A DNA stretch of 64,000 nt from Octopus sinensis. Taxonomy: Eukaryota. Below, one piece after another: positions 41,220-55,060 of this stretch. Under the pieces are notes generated by a model. That model worked only from the letters and a program-made list of their open reading frames with translations. It searched no databases and had not been told where the DNA came from. The DNA lies in contig NC_043003.1 in the NCBI RefSeq assembly GCF_006345805.1, positions 95,480,001 through 95,544,000 of the forward strand, written 5' to 3'. Position 1 is the first letter of the stretch. The number at the start of each line of letters is the position of its first letter. Both the position numbers and the translations under genes were made by a program.

Positions 41220-44200
41220 ATATACATTACATTTATCCTTCAACTCTACCCACTCAGTACAGTTTTCACCTACTCTTCCCTACTTATCATTCCTAAATAC
41301 TGGCCCTTCATTCATGATATTCCTCATCTCTAATCATTGCCCACTCTTCCATACACTCTCACAAACCCTGTCCATCCTCACTGCCCATCCTGTCCACACT
41401 AATTTCTGCATACCTTGTGCCTTGAGGGGTCATACTGACACCTCATTATCACCAGTTTTATCTCTTTCTTCTCTTGCATCATGTGACTAGCCATATAGCC
41501 CCTCCACAGTAAGAAACATGTTCTGTCCTGACCTCCTACTCTCATAGTTTAACTCCTAATCTCTAAGCATGAAACTTCCTCCCTCTCTACTGTAACTTCA
41601 CTCAATTGCAGGAAATATTAATCTTGCAAGTTGCATAGTGATCTCACTAGTGTTGATACCATGTAAAAAGTACCTGTAAAGTGATTGGCATTAGGAAGGG
41701 TATCCAGCCATTGAAACCAGACCAAAGCAGATACTGGAGCACAATGCAGTCCTCAGACCCAATGGATCCTGTCAAACCATCCAACCCATCTAAGTCCCAA
41801 GCTGCATGGTGACCTCACTAGTGCTACTATCATGAAAAAAAAGTACCCAGTACAGGCTATTAAAATGGTTGGCATTAGAAAGGCTGTCCAGCCACAGAAA
41901 CCATTCCAAAGCAGACATTGGAGTACAGTGTAATTTTCAGACCCAATGGATCCTGTCAAACTATTCAACCTATGCAAGCATGAAAGATGTCAATGATGAT
42001 GATGATAGTGGTGGTGATGTTTCCCTTAAAAACTCGGATCTCTAGAACAAATACTCTCTCTCTTCATTTTTGTTTTTCAAATGTTTCCACACCAATTACT
42101 AACATTTGTATTAACAGCTGAAGCATATCGTCAAACTATTTCTCTCTTTCAGTGAGGGGAACTTTTTTTTTTTCACTATCCATGAACACAAAGTTGCACA
42201 GTTGTAGCAACAACCCCCCACCCACACACACACACACACACACATTTATACTGTAAATTAATCAATATCACTGTGTCCAAACCCAACTGAAATTGTTAAA
42301 CCCGGAAGGTGTATATATGTGTGTGGGCACATGGTTGTATACAATGAAGCTTGAAGTTCCTTTCAGCCAAAACATTTCATTAACAAAAATGAACGAATGC
42401 ATGAATACATAAGCAACTAATGATGATGATGCTGATGAGGTAAAGGATGAGAAAGAGGGTGATGGTGGTGGTGGTGGTTATGATGATGATGATGACGACA
42501 ATTTCTTTTACAGTAATGATTTATATAATAATATCAATATCAATATTGATCTGGAAATATCAATAAGTAAAGTGTGCCACTCATCTCGCTAATGGTGATC
42601 TATATATGCAATCAATAACCTCATGACTTTTCACCTATATTCTATTTCCTTATATTTCAGGGGATAGTTTGAAACAAAAGCCAATACATACACACACATG
42701 TATACACAAGCATGCAAACACACACACACACACACCCACACACTGTATTCAACCACTACTCTTCTATCCCTTTCTCTTTCATTGTCCCTTCCCTGCAACC
42801 TCAACCCCACCTGGGATACTTCCCCTGCATTCATAATCTGTTCTCCATTCCCATTTCTAGGGTCCCTTCCAGCCTCTCTTTCTTTCACTACTTTCACTGC
42901 ATTCACCAACCATTCTCCCACACTCCCCTCTCCCTACACCTTATCACTGATACCTTATTCACCTGTCACCTCTCGCTTTCTGGCCTATCCCACACCTGCC
43001 ACAAATCTCTTCCCTTCCATGACCCTCTCTGAATTCTTATTTCATTAAATTGGCTATGAAAGCTGTACACAGATGAAGAAACTGCAGGCTGGACAAAGAC
43101 ATTAATGAGATGAGATGAATGATGAACAGGATGATATTAATGAGGGAAGGCAAAAAACATCCACCAATCTTTGCTTCTCTAAAACATTGTTCTTTTGTAA
43201 ACTTACAATTTGAGGCAATAAACCTCTTACCAATATTTCTTTTGGACTCAAGGTCCTTACAATGAGACACTATGCCTCTTACCTCAAATGACACTATGTC
43301 CTTGAAATGAAGCACTTGGCCTCTTACAATTTTTTTCCTTATGGGCCATATGCCTTTTCAATATGAGGCACTCATCCTCTTACTTTTACAAATTTCTGCC
43401 CCGCCAGCACCCGACCCAGCGTTAAGTGTCACTCAGGCACTCCGATAGTGCCAAATCAGGGTACCTCAATTGGAACAGAACACATCCACTGGGAATGAGT
43501 CCATTTCAGGTTATGTCTCCTCCACTGGCAAGCTTTTCTATCGCCTCTCACTTTCTGGAGAAAACCAAATATCGTTCCTCCATTGGGTTGAGGCTAAAAC
43601 TTCCGTCTGTGGCACAATTCTCACCAACGGGGCTTCGGAACATGCCGGCAGTGTATTAACCGACAGGACTGTCCCGTTTTACTTCTTTTTTTACAACTTC
43701 CACCATTGGTGGCACAATTCCCACCAACGGGGCTTCAGAATTCTTGCCAACCCTCATATTTTTCTCTCATATTCCCCTCCCGTCACACCTCCTACATTTG
43801 CCTTTATAATGTGGAAGAGCACTGGATCCTTTCCCTAATCAACACTCCTCATCACCCTTCTATACCCCTCCCTTTCTCCCTAACTGCTGGTACTAATCCC
43901 TTCCCCTTTTCTCCTGCTCATTCCATACACCAACCCCTAACCATGTCAACTCTGTTACTCACTCCACTACCACCCTCTCATGACCATAAATTTGTTCCTT
44001 GCATTGCACTTCACCCTCTCTCATCACCTCACCTACAATCAGCATGTTCCCTTTCCTATTCTGCTCTCAGCCATGTGAGACCTTTAGGGTCTTCAGTCTT
44101 GAAAGTTTCACAGCAACTTCACTGATGCTGGAGCCACAAAAGAGCACCCAAAACACTATAAAGAAATTGTATTAGAAAGGGCAACCCAACCATAGAAATC

Positions 44201-44798
44201 ATGCCAAAATAAAGGGAGTGAAGCACAATGTGGCCTCCAACACATAGGAACCTGTCAGACTTAGTGGTTAGGGTGTTGGAGTCTAGTTGCAAAAGAGCTA
44301 AAAAGTTTTAGTTCTTTCACAACTAGACTCAACAACAACTTTTGTTTTAGGTATGATCATGATCTTCCATAAGGATAAAATATGTATATCTGAAGATGCC
44401 TTTTGCTACTTCCTCCAACAAGTCTTATGTAATAATAATAATAATTTTTTGATGCATTCCTTTTCTGCACTGAGGAGAATGGTACTCTCTTTAATCTTTT
44501 ACTCATTTCAGTCATTTGACTGTTGCCATGCTGGAGCACCGCTTTTAGTCTCACAGATCGACCCCAGGACATATTCTTTGTAAGCCTAGTATTTATTCTA
44601 TCGGTCTCTTTTGCAGAACCGCTAAGTTACAGGGACATAAACACACACCGCCATTGGTTGTCAAGTGATATTGGGGGGACAAACACAGACATACAAACAG
44701 ATACACACACATACATACATACATACATACATACATACATACACATATAGATAAATGAAAGAATGGAGTTGAACGACGATTTAACAAAATTCCTTTAT

Positions 44799-44879
44799 TC
44801 TCGACACATGTTTCGAAGACTGCATATTCTTAATTCCGAAGGAATAAAGGGTGCATTATGCCGTCTTCTCATCAGGAAA
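44799..44879 (-). ncRNA. Type I hammerhead motif with a long stem II and a palindromic minimal stem III
   Basis: TTTC-CTGATGA-GAAGAC...GTCTTC-GAAA-C ATGT G-TC-GAGA. Confidence 0.7.
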
Positions 44880-45530
44880 GCCAAGGAACTTATGTCAGCA
44901 TCATGACGAACAAAAGCTTTTAGATGACTGCCCACATGGAGTCCATAGTGATAATGAGTATTACATATATATATATATATATATATCAATATATATATAT
45001 ATTTTTAACATCAGCTAGGATGTTAAAAATCACATAGCAAACCTATAGCATTCAGTTCTTCATAAAAAAACAAAACCCATTAATGCCAAGTCTCTCACAG
45101 AAATTCCTAAACTCAACAAAATCTATTACAAGGAATATTTTCATGGTAACCACAGAAACCACAGAGTAAAACAATCAGAAAAAAATCCATCCAGTTTTTG
45201 AATGAAGATAATGAAACTGTCTTTTGATCAGAATATTGATAACTGATTGATATCCCTTGGACGAAAATTTATTTGCCAGTATACAAACTACAAAGCCCAT
45301 TAATCAGATACATATGTATATGCATGTGTGTGCCTGGTTGATGATACAGCCTTACATATGACTAATTCCTTTTACAAGAATGGACATGTCCATTGAAAAG
45401 TAGTAAAGCTATCAGGTGTATCCTGCCACACCCACGTATTAAATCCATAAATAATGCTAACAGCACCCCACCCCCTCACACACACTTTTCCATCCATAAA
45501 CAACATATATTTGTGTGTGTGTATGTGTAT

Positions 45531-45914
45531 ACTCTTTACTCTTTTACTTGTTTCAGTCATTTGACTGCGGCCATGCTGGAGCACCGCCTTTAATCGAGCA
45601 ACTCGACCCCGGGTCTTATTCTTTTGTAAGCCCAGTACTTATTCTATTGGTCTCTTTTGCCAAACTGCTAAGTAACGGGGACATAAACACACCAGCATCG
45701 GTTGTCAAGCAATGCTAGGGGGACAAACACACACACATATATATATATATACGACGGGCTTCTTTCAGTTTCCGTCTACAAAATTCACTCACGAGGCTTT
45801 GGTCGGCCCGAGGCTATAGTAGAAGACACTTGCCCAAGGTGCCACGCAGTGGGACTGAACCTGGAACCATGTGGTTGGTAAATAAGCTACTTACCACACA
45901 GCCACTCCTGCGCC
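45531..45914 (-). mobile_element. CORE-like tRNA SINE
   Basis: Near-identical to 13481-13894. Confidence 0.85.
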
Positions 45915-46232
45915 TGTGTATGTGTTCTTAACATTTTTTCAAGTCAAAACAATCCAACTTATAAGAAACTAGCTTTATATGAATCCAAGCATTCCACCAG
46001 ATACAACTTCACCATTTTTCTCTGACATTCTGATATTTGCCAAAATTAAAATAACTGTTCTGCTAAGTTGATCTTGCTAACTTTTCCTTTCCAAGAGTCA
46101 ATAAGTCTCACGCCAAATAAGCATGGTCTACTTTTAGATAAATTAGATTCCAAAATTTAGAGAAACGGATTAAATATTATTTCATCTGGAATGTTGGCAT
46201 TCTTTTAAGTAATAGATATTTTTACTTTAGAT

Positions 46233-46272
<40 letters not shown>

Positions 46273-47820
46273 GAGTTACAAAGTTAATATGTCAACTCTG
46301 CAAAATACAATAAAACTGAAATAAAAGCTATAGTAACTGAATAATTAAGGTCCTAGATCGAAATCTTATGGCGATTCAATACCAGTTTTAGGACTGATAC
46401 ATTATTCTATTTGCCAGCATCAGTTTAGGTGAAAGTTTCTACTTTTACTTAGCAATTGAAGAAAACAGTTAGATATAATAAAGACTCCATCATAAATTTC
46501 CAGTTGGTAATAAATACGGCAAAAAAATATCAGAATTTGCAGCACTATCCAACCTATGACATAATTTCATCTTCATCTTCGTGTTAATATTTTACATGAC
46601 TTAACCCTTTTGTTACTGTATCTATTTTGAGATGCTCTAGGTTTCTTTCAATTATTTTAAATATAACAAGGAATTTAGTAAAATAACTTAGCTGTCATTA
46701 AGCTAGTGTTAGGAGCATAAATTGTGACTAAGGTTTGGTGGAAGATTTTAATTCAAAATTTATGAAAACAAGACCTTTGTACTACAGAGCCAGAGCCAGG
46801 TTGGTATCGAAGTCGTAGTTTAATTATAACATAATAGACAGTGTTGCCCAAAATGAATTGACAATCATGTTTACTGACACAACTGACCAATCAGGTTAGA
46901 TTACAAAGTTATTGAATTAGACTGGATTCAATCAGATTAAAACCTGACTTTGCCAATGGTGATTTCAACTTACTAGATGAGATAGAAATTTATCTGGGTT
47001 CTCTGAAATGCAGGCATGGCATTGTGGTTAAAAACTTTGCTTCCCAACCACAAGGTTTAAAGTTCAGTCCCACTACATGGCACATCTTTTTTCGTTTTGT
47101 TTTGTTTTGTTAAATAAACAGTTGTCCGTGCAAATAAGTCTCCCCTTCTCCACAATATCAAGGTTATCTAAAGGAAATGCAAGGACTAATACAACAGGGC
47201 ACCAATATTGTCACAGACATTGGTACCATCAAAACATGAAGCCATAAAGTCAGACAATTAATACTACACACTATCGCTCCAATATTTCCAATATTTCGCT
47301 CCAATATTTCTGCTCCAACACTCCAATATTTCTGCATTTCTGCCAATCCACTTCCCTGGACCGTCATTATATTTATTGAATCCAAAATAATGAAAGACAA
47401 AATTGACACCAGTGGGACTGAAGTAAGAGCAAAACAGCCAAAACGAATACTGAAAAGCATTCTACCTTATGCTCTAACAAACAACCTATATTAATGATTA
47501 CATTAGTATTAAAAAAAGAAAACTAGAGTGGAAAGTAAATTAAAAGGTGTGCATAAACAATTGGCAAACAATATCTTTTTACATATACAATTCATTGCTA
47601 TTATGTCAAACTGTCGTATGTCCAAATTTGGCCAAATGCATTTTTTTCAATATATAATTTTGCTTGCAATAGTCGGTTCTTTTGGTCAAACTATTGTATC
47701 TCCAGCTGCTTCAGATGCCAAGATATGAAAATTGTACAACAGTTTAGCATTTTTCAAAAGTGTAGTAAGTTCCATATATGACGGCTTTGCAAAAATATTT
47801 CTGACTGAAAATATCATACA

Positions 47821-48214
47821 CTCGCAGTATCGCCCGGCGTTGCTCGGGTTTGTAAGGGAAATAATTATATAAGCATTTTTAGAGATGTAAAGTATAATAG
47901 CCATCTCAATATGGCTAACCACAAAGGGGGAGGGGTGTTACTGTAGCTTTTTACGTTCTGAGATTTAATAATAAATTTTAGAGAGTTACTTCCCTTATAT
48001 ATGTCAAAAATGGATTAAAAATGGGAAAAATTGATGGTAAATTTTTTTTAAATCGTAGACTCATCGTAGACGCGCGCTAATACCCAGACGGTCTCGATAT
48101 GAATCACGACTATAAGATACCCGGTTTTGGTTAAACTGCACCGCAAAATGTGGGAGTAGTTAGGAATTTAAATCGTAGGAGACAGACATACAACCTCACT
48201 TTTATATATAAAGA
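47821..48214 (-). mobile_element. Non-autonomous Helitron-like element
   Basis: 5' A|TCTTTATATATAAAAG. At the 3' end an imperfect GC-rich hairpin (cccgagcaacgccggg) precedes CTGCGAG|T, a CTAG-like end. No TSD. Confidence 0.7.
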
Positions 48215-48376
48215 TTTCCTCTATTTACATAATATTGAGGTCTCTTTCTTTCTTTTGTTATCTTACTGTTTTTACCAATATACATATATATATATATATA
48301 AATATATATATAGTTACAGAGATGTACTTGCATAGCAAGTGACTTGATCTGAGATCGTGTGCTGGAACGAAAACAG

Positions 48377-48634
48377 TTGCAGCGTTGAAGGTGTTTATAA
48401 GCCATTTAAGAAACACACAAAAACCGTTAGATTCACTTCAACATTTAAATTTAATTTGTCAAAATATTTTCGTCGCTTTGAGACCGCGACCTGTTAGCAC
48501 GATATTTTTGTCAGTGAACAGGTCGCGGTCTCAAAGCGACGAAAATATTTTGGCAAATTAAATTTAATGTTGAAGTGAATGTAACAGTTTTTGTGTGTTT
48601 CTTAAATGGCTTACAAACACCTTCCAGGCTGCAA
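48377..48634. repeat. Long inverted repeat (~118-bp arms, 21-bp spacer) of a Penelope-like terminus, with a G3-C8 hammerhead motif at 48507-48557 (+)
   Basis: 48377-48495 is the reverse complement of 48517-48634. Confidence 0.8.
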
Positions 48635-48652
48635 TATATATATACACACATA

Positions 48653-48683
<31 letters not shown>

Positions 48684-49003
48684 GTGTATATGTGTATGCA
48701 TGTATGTGTGTGTGTGTGCATGTCTGTGCTTGTGATTGTCGTCCACCACTGCTTGACAACGAATGTTGGTTTGTTTACATCCCTGTCACCTAGTGGTTTG
48801 ACAAAGGAAACAGATAGAATAAGTACAATGCTTACAAAAATAAAACTGGAGTTGATTCATTAAAGTACAATTCTTCAAGGCATTGCCCCAGCATGGCCAC
48901 AGACCAATGGCTGGAAAAAGCAGAAGAATAAAAGAATACATTCTCTGCTTTGGTCTTATGTTCAAGGCATGAGAAAGCTTGAGTTTACATGAGAAGGCCT
49001 AAC

Positions 49004-49480
49004 AGACCTGGTAGAAACAGCAGCCAAATCTCCCTCAAATCACACCTTACTGTCTTATGTATGTATATATATATGAGCCAATGAGGGGGACCTCTACATG
49101 GTAGCTAGACCTGGTAGAAATAGCAGCCAAATTTCCCCCAAATCACACTTACTGTCTTATCTATGTATATATGTATGTATGAGCCTATGAGGGAGACCCC
49201 TACATGGCAGCTAGACCTGGTAGAAATAGCAGCCAAATTTCCCCCAAATCACACCTTACTGTCTTATCTATGTATATGTATGTATGAGCCTATGAGGGAG
49301 ACCCCTACATGGCAGCTAGACATGGTAGAAATAGCAGCCAAATTTCCCCCAAATCACACCTTACTGTCTTATCTATGTATATATGTATGTATGAGCCTAT
49401 GAGGGAGACCCCTACATGGCAGCTAGACATGGTAGAAATAGCAGCCAAATCTCCCTCAAATCACACCTTACTGTCTTATC
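49004..49480. repeat. Minisatellite, ~105-bp unit, ~4.5 copies
   Basis: agac(c/a)tggtagaaatagcagccaaat recurs at about 49004, 49107, 49213, 49318 and 49425. Confidence 0.95.
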
Positions 49481-49489
49481 TTTCTGCTA

Positions 49490-49998
49490 CTTGGATATAG
49501 GTGTTATATTCCTCGTAAAAAACTTTCCTGTCACACACTCACGCACACGCACACACACACACACACACACACGCAACCTCACACACACACACACGCGCGC
49601 ACACCCACACACACCCACTCACACACACGCACGTTAGCTTACAATTTTATTTATATATTTGCGTGTCTATGTGTTGAAAGAGGAAGTGGGAGGCAGAGTG
49701 AAAGAATCACTCACTACAGTAAGTCAATTACTTTCATTTTATTCGTTGCCCACTGTGTGTGTGCGTTTGCGTGTGCTGTAAACCAGACTAAGAAAAGCAT
49801 TTGACACACACACCAGAATGTGAGTTTTCTGTAAATTTTGCTTAATTGGAGTTTAAATTTTAAAAACTGGACCTGGCATGACGCGATGCATTGTACTCTT
49901 AAAAATGCAAGGTAAATTGTAATTGAAGAAATCCTATATTGTAGATTTGTATAACTCCCAAAGGGAGGCAGATAAAATCTGCCTTTTATAATAAGAGA
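49490..49998 (-). mobile_element. Probable Helitron-like 5' fragment
   Basis: The minus strand starts A|TCTCTTATTATAAAAGGCAG, a Helitron-type 5' end. The 3' end was not found. Confidence 0.4.
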
Positions 49999-50480
49999 TG
50001 CATGGAGTTACAATTTTATGCATCCAACAAAGTATTATTGTTAAGCTGAAACTGTTGCAAATGTAAAAAGAAATGGAATGGAGAAACTATTTTTTCATTT
50101 TCTGAAACAGCAATGTTTTACACTTATGGCACTTTTGCACAATAGCAACAAATTACTCTTAACATGCACAAGCCGTTGCACATGTTTGTCATTACCAAGT
50201 CAGTGTGCGTTACACTCTTCACAATGACGTACTTCTTATATGTCTTAATCCTACTTCAGTTCACTTGATGGTGTTAATTTTCAAGGTGTGATCCAACAAC
50301 TGCTTCATTCCAAAAGTTCCTGAGCTTATTTCTAACTCCTTATAACCATCATCTGCTTAAGTAACCTACACCATATAATAATAGAGTAGTTTGCCTCATT
50401 TATTTGAATGTCAATGATAAACAATGTATATATTCAAAAGTATAAGCATATGTTATCAGTCACATATTCAGACTCTACAC

Positions 50481-50681
50481 CAGTGGTTTTCAACCAGGGT
50501 TCCGCCAGCACAGTCCAGGGGTTCCGCAAGAAGTTACAAAACTGCTAAAATCGGGAGTAATTTTTAATTCTCCTGTGCAGATATGTGTGCATAAGACTAT
50601 TAAATTATTGCACAGGGGTTCCTCGAGCCAGTGGAATGTTTCCTTGGGGTTCCGCTCCAGCAAAAAGTTTGAAAAGCACTG
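50481..50681. mobile_element. hAT-type MITE
   Basis: TIR CAGTGGTTTTCAA...TTGAAAAGCACTG with 8-bp TSD CTCTACAC (50473-50480 and 50682-50689). Confidence 0.92.
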
Positions 50682-51183
50682 CTCTACACAGTCACTTGAT
50701 CTGCTAGAAAAAACAGCTAATTCTTACTCATAGAACACCATATTTTCTAAAATAAAGACAATGCACTCCCTGGTTTACAAAAAGATGGGACTGTTACAGC
50801 TGGAGTACATTTGACCACAAGTTTGCTTGGTTAGGGTTGACTTCGGGTTAAACAACAATAACAAATACACATAAATATTGTATCTGTTTAAATATAACTT
50901 GTAGTTTATACAATTCATTAAAAAAATTAAAACAGATTGCTTTATATTTGAGTTTTAAGAGAGTTCACGTGAAATGTTATTTTATTTTGGCAGAGAGTTC
51001 CAGAAACAGACAGGATGACTTAAATAATTGTAGAATTTCCTGAAATGTACCAAAGGTTACTTGTATTTAGGTTCATCTTATATTTGAGCATCAACAGTAA
51101 ATGTACTTGAGGAAGAAGAACAGATTGTAGAAAATTTTAATACAACAAAGAGGGGTTGAAAGGATAAAAAAAAAACTACTTAC

Positions 51184-52321
51184 TTCAAAGTTTTGTTCCC
51201 TACAGGTGGCACAAGCCTCGGTGTATCATATTTTAAGTTGTATATCCGCGAAAGTTCAGGAAATGATGATGACGATGATATGGCAGAAGACCCAGTGTTT
51301 GAAGTCTGTGACCAGACATTACTTTTTGGTCCAATACTACTTGTGCCTTCTGTTAATGTCTCACCAAGAGATAGCTCAGTGCCCCTAATCCGACTAATGA
51401 CACTTTGATGAATGTCTGGGTCGCTAGCTGACTTTTGATTATGGAGGGGACTATGGGGTGGTTGATAATAATCAGATTCAAATTCATCCTTCACTTCAGA
51501 ATCTTCTTCCTCCTCCTCCTCCTCCTCCACTATCACCTCTTCTTTAATTTTTTCCCCAAGATTTGTTTTAGCATACTCCTCTTTCAGAAGCTCAAGTATT
51601 GTTATCTGTTCGTCAGTTGAATTTCTTTCACTTGTAATGGTTGATGAAGAACAAGGGCCAAGACTATTGTCTTGAGAGGCCTCAGTCGGGCTGTCTATGC
51701 ACGAATCACTTTTATCTTCTTTTTTGTTGAGATCACTACTATTTGATAGGGCACTGCTGCTGTTGTTGGAAACCAAGTCTCGTGCTGATGTACAATTGTC
51801 TGAATAATTGGAGTGTAAATTGGAATCTTTTGAAACATCTGCTGGCTCTGAACAAACAGATATGACATCGTCATGCAGAATAACCTCTAAAGGTTCTGAA
51901 CAACTTGACATAGTGTCAACATTACTTAACGAGACAACTTCTAAACGTTCTGAAGACGCAGATAATGAGTCAACATTATTTGAATGACACCCTCCAGATT
52001 CTGAACAACTCAATACTGTATCAATATTGTTAGGAATAACTTCGGCAACTTCAGAGCAATCAGATAATGTATTTTCACTTTCCTGGGCAGAATTTATATT
52101 TTCAGATTGGTGATTGTGACAGTTTTCCAGGGACAAATTTTCCGGAGTTTCCCTGTCAATTAAGAAGGCTTCGTTAACTTGTCCATCAATTTTTTGAAGG
52201 CACTTATTTGTATTAATAATGGGATCAGTAAGGGATATGGAGGAATGCTTTTCTTGGCATGCCTTTACTAAACCACTGTCAGAAAGTGTATCTGTTTTGA
52301 GAGACGATTGGTTTCTTTTAC
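51184..52321 (-). CDS. FAM135: FAM135 large central exon encoding a Ser/Glu/Asn-rich low-complexity linker
   Basis: 389-aa ORF with acceptor tttttAG at 52323-52322 and donor GTAAGT at 51183. Its phase 2 end joins the 29682 exon in frame. FAM135 proteins have a long divergent middle region. Confidence 0.85.
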
Positions 52322-54599
52322 CTAAAAATAAAAAAAAGTTAATAAACAAATGATTAGAGAAATACTACAAACATTTTATGGATTTCAAATGAAAAAAAAT
52401 ATCAACAAAACTAAAATCCCCGGATTGTAAAGGAATTTTGATTTTCTTTTTTAAAATTTCATTTACATATTGTGCATCAAAACTAACTGAATCCTTTTTG
52501 ACAAATATTAAATTGATACAAAATTTAATCCCTTGTAATTTTCATATACATATGACGAAAAATACCTGACAATATTTATTTGAATCTAAAACTTTTACTT
52601 TTATTCTGTACAAATTATTAAAGGACACAAGATCCTTTGAATTTCATATCTGTTTAAGATCTTTGAAATGAAATTTAAATAAAAAGACCATAAAATACAT
52701 TTACACTATTATATATGCATACACATATACATACTCACACACACACACATATATATATGTATGTCTGTGTGTGTAATTTAACACTGAGAACATATAAGTC
52801 AGTCAATCAATATAGGTTGAATTATAGATAATTTACATCTAGTCATGGCCTTAGGAATCAACAGAGTTCAGTGTTTACAAATAGCAATGCGGTTGCCAAC
52901 TAACATTTTTATTTCTTTATCAGATGATGCACGTAATACGAAACAAAATCAAACAAAATATAAAACAAAAACAAAAACAATAAGGGTTCAAGCCATAAAA
53001 TAAACAACCACTTGGTAAATATGCTGCATGCATGCATGCATAATAATAACAATAATAATAATAATAATAATCATAGCAGCAGCAGCAAAAACAACAGTTC
53101 TAGAAAAGCGTTAGAACAGTCAGGTTATCAGAAAAATATTAACAAACAGTTGAATAGAAAAGTAATCTTATAAAACAGGGATTTATCAATGGTTAGTAGT
53201 TCTTTCCAATTTTGGAAGCTATTCATATGCAAGGAAAGATACTTGATTGATTTGATCCTAATATACATCTGATACGTACTCTATCAGTATATGGAGGAAA
53301 AGAAAGCTGGCCCAAACGGGATTTAACCCTTTAGTGTTCAGATTATTCTGTCAAATGTGATGTTTGTTTATTTAAAATGGGTTGAATTAATCATGCATTA
53401 TCTTGTAGTTTAGAGATTTCAGTGATGTGATTTTTTAGTTTTAGAATGACATTGTAGGACTAAGGTGAGAGAAGAGATCTGGTCAGTTTCAATATAAAAC
53501 AGGTTAAATATTTTGGCCAGATATGGCCGGTTTGAATGCTAAAGAACTTAAAAGCTGCACTATATTAATCCTGTAATTTAAACCCCTATTTATGTCAACC
53601 TCCCTGATTCAGCCCTTGGTTCTACGACACAAATTCCGTTTTAAAGTGATCTAAATTTAAAACTTCTATAAAAACTTCATCTTAATTTATATCCCAGACA
53701 CCAGCTTGATAATGACAAAAGTTATTTTACTAAATTCTTCATCAATTTCCATTAATTGAAACAAAGGCAGTGTATTTGAAGAAAAATATGGTAATGAAAG
53801 GGTTATGTATGTTCAGCCTACTTGTAGTACTTGGCTTTAGAGATACACCTATGCTGTTAAATGGAAGTAATTTTATAAGAAAACAGGAGAAATAGTTCCT
53901 AAATCTTTAATTGTTTTAGTCATCATCATTATCATTTAACATCTGCCTAACTGGTAACTAGCTCAATGGTTGCTTTAATTTAAAAGATACCTAATAATTA
54001 GTTCTATAATTGATTTAATTTAAAACATAACTAATAACTAATTCTTCAACTGAAAACAACAAGTATGTTTCTATATATAGTTTATCAATGGGTTGCATAT
54101 TAAAAAAAGAAAAACTAAGCTTCTTGAATCCTTAACACAATTTTGGTTCCTAATTGAAATTATTGTCCGTTCAATTAATTTATATCATTAAGATGAAAGA
54201 TTATTCAGTATTAAATCTATAAGCTATGTTTTGATCAGTTTGATCTTTGATTGCCATCAACTGGATGTATTCAAAGTACAGGACTGTGCTTGAGTGAAGA
54301 ATTGGAGTTTCAAATTTCTTTAACTATTAACCTCAACATTAGAAATGAAATATATCTTTCAACAAGTTTTGACTGATCTTATCTTTGAGCCATCATTTTC
54401 TACCTTATTCTTGAATGTGTCTTTAACAGCAGAATGGATTTGAAACAGGAAACTTCATTTTCAAACTGAGGGTAATAACATTATTATCCACCAGGCCACT
54501 GAGGTTCTTAGCCTTCATTTAAAAATAAAGGTTCTTGGTTCTAATGCTATCATATACCTGCCATGCATTCAATGACACTACAATAAAAATTCTCCCAAT

Positions 54600-55060
54600 G
54601 AAGCAGGAGTTCTCCAGCTGCCTTGCAACTCCTGTCCAACCTGTTTGTATTATTGTCCATCCATTTCATTCTTTGCCTGCCTCTTGATCTACTTGATCTT
54701 TCTTCCATAATAAGGTTATCCAGATCTCTACTTCCTTGTATATGGCCATGAGAGATGAGCTTTCATTTTGTTCACAATGGGTTATCTTTAATCTATTTGT
54801 TGTTACACCTATTCATTTAACCAAAGGGCCTTGTAAGACACATTGACATTCTCCTATACACCACAAATGCATGTTCTTTAAATCTTTTCAGAGTCTATGC
54901 TTCACAACCAGAAATTCTTATTGGTCAAATGAACACTCACATTAGCCTTATTTCTAACTAAATTGGGACACTTTTGCTGCTCCAGATGTTATTAAGCTTT
55001 TCCATGGACATTCTTGCCATGGCTACCAGTATTTTAATTTCTTTCTTACATATACCTTCA
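54600..55060 (-). mobile_element. Old BovB-like RTE fragment
   Basis: The reverse strand gives EIKILVAMARMSMEKLNNIWSSKSVP and RSRGRQRMKWMDN, with stops. Confidence 0.6.
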
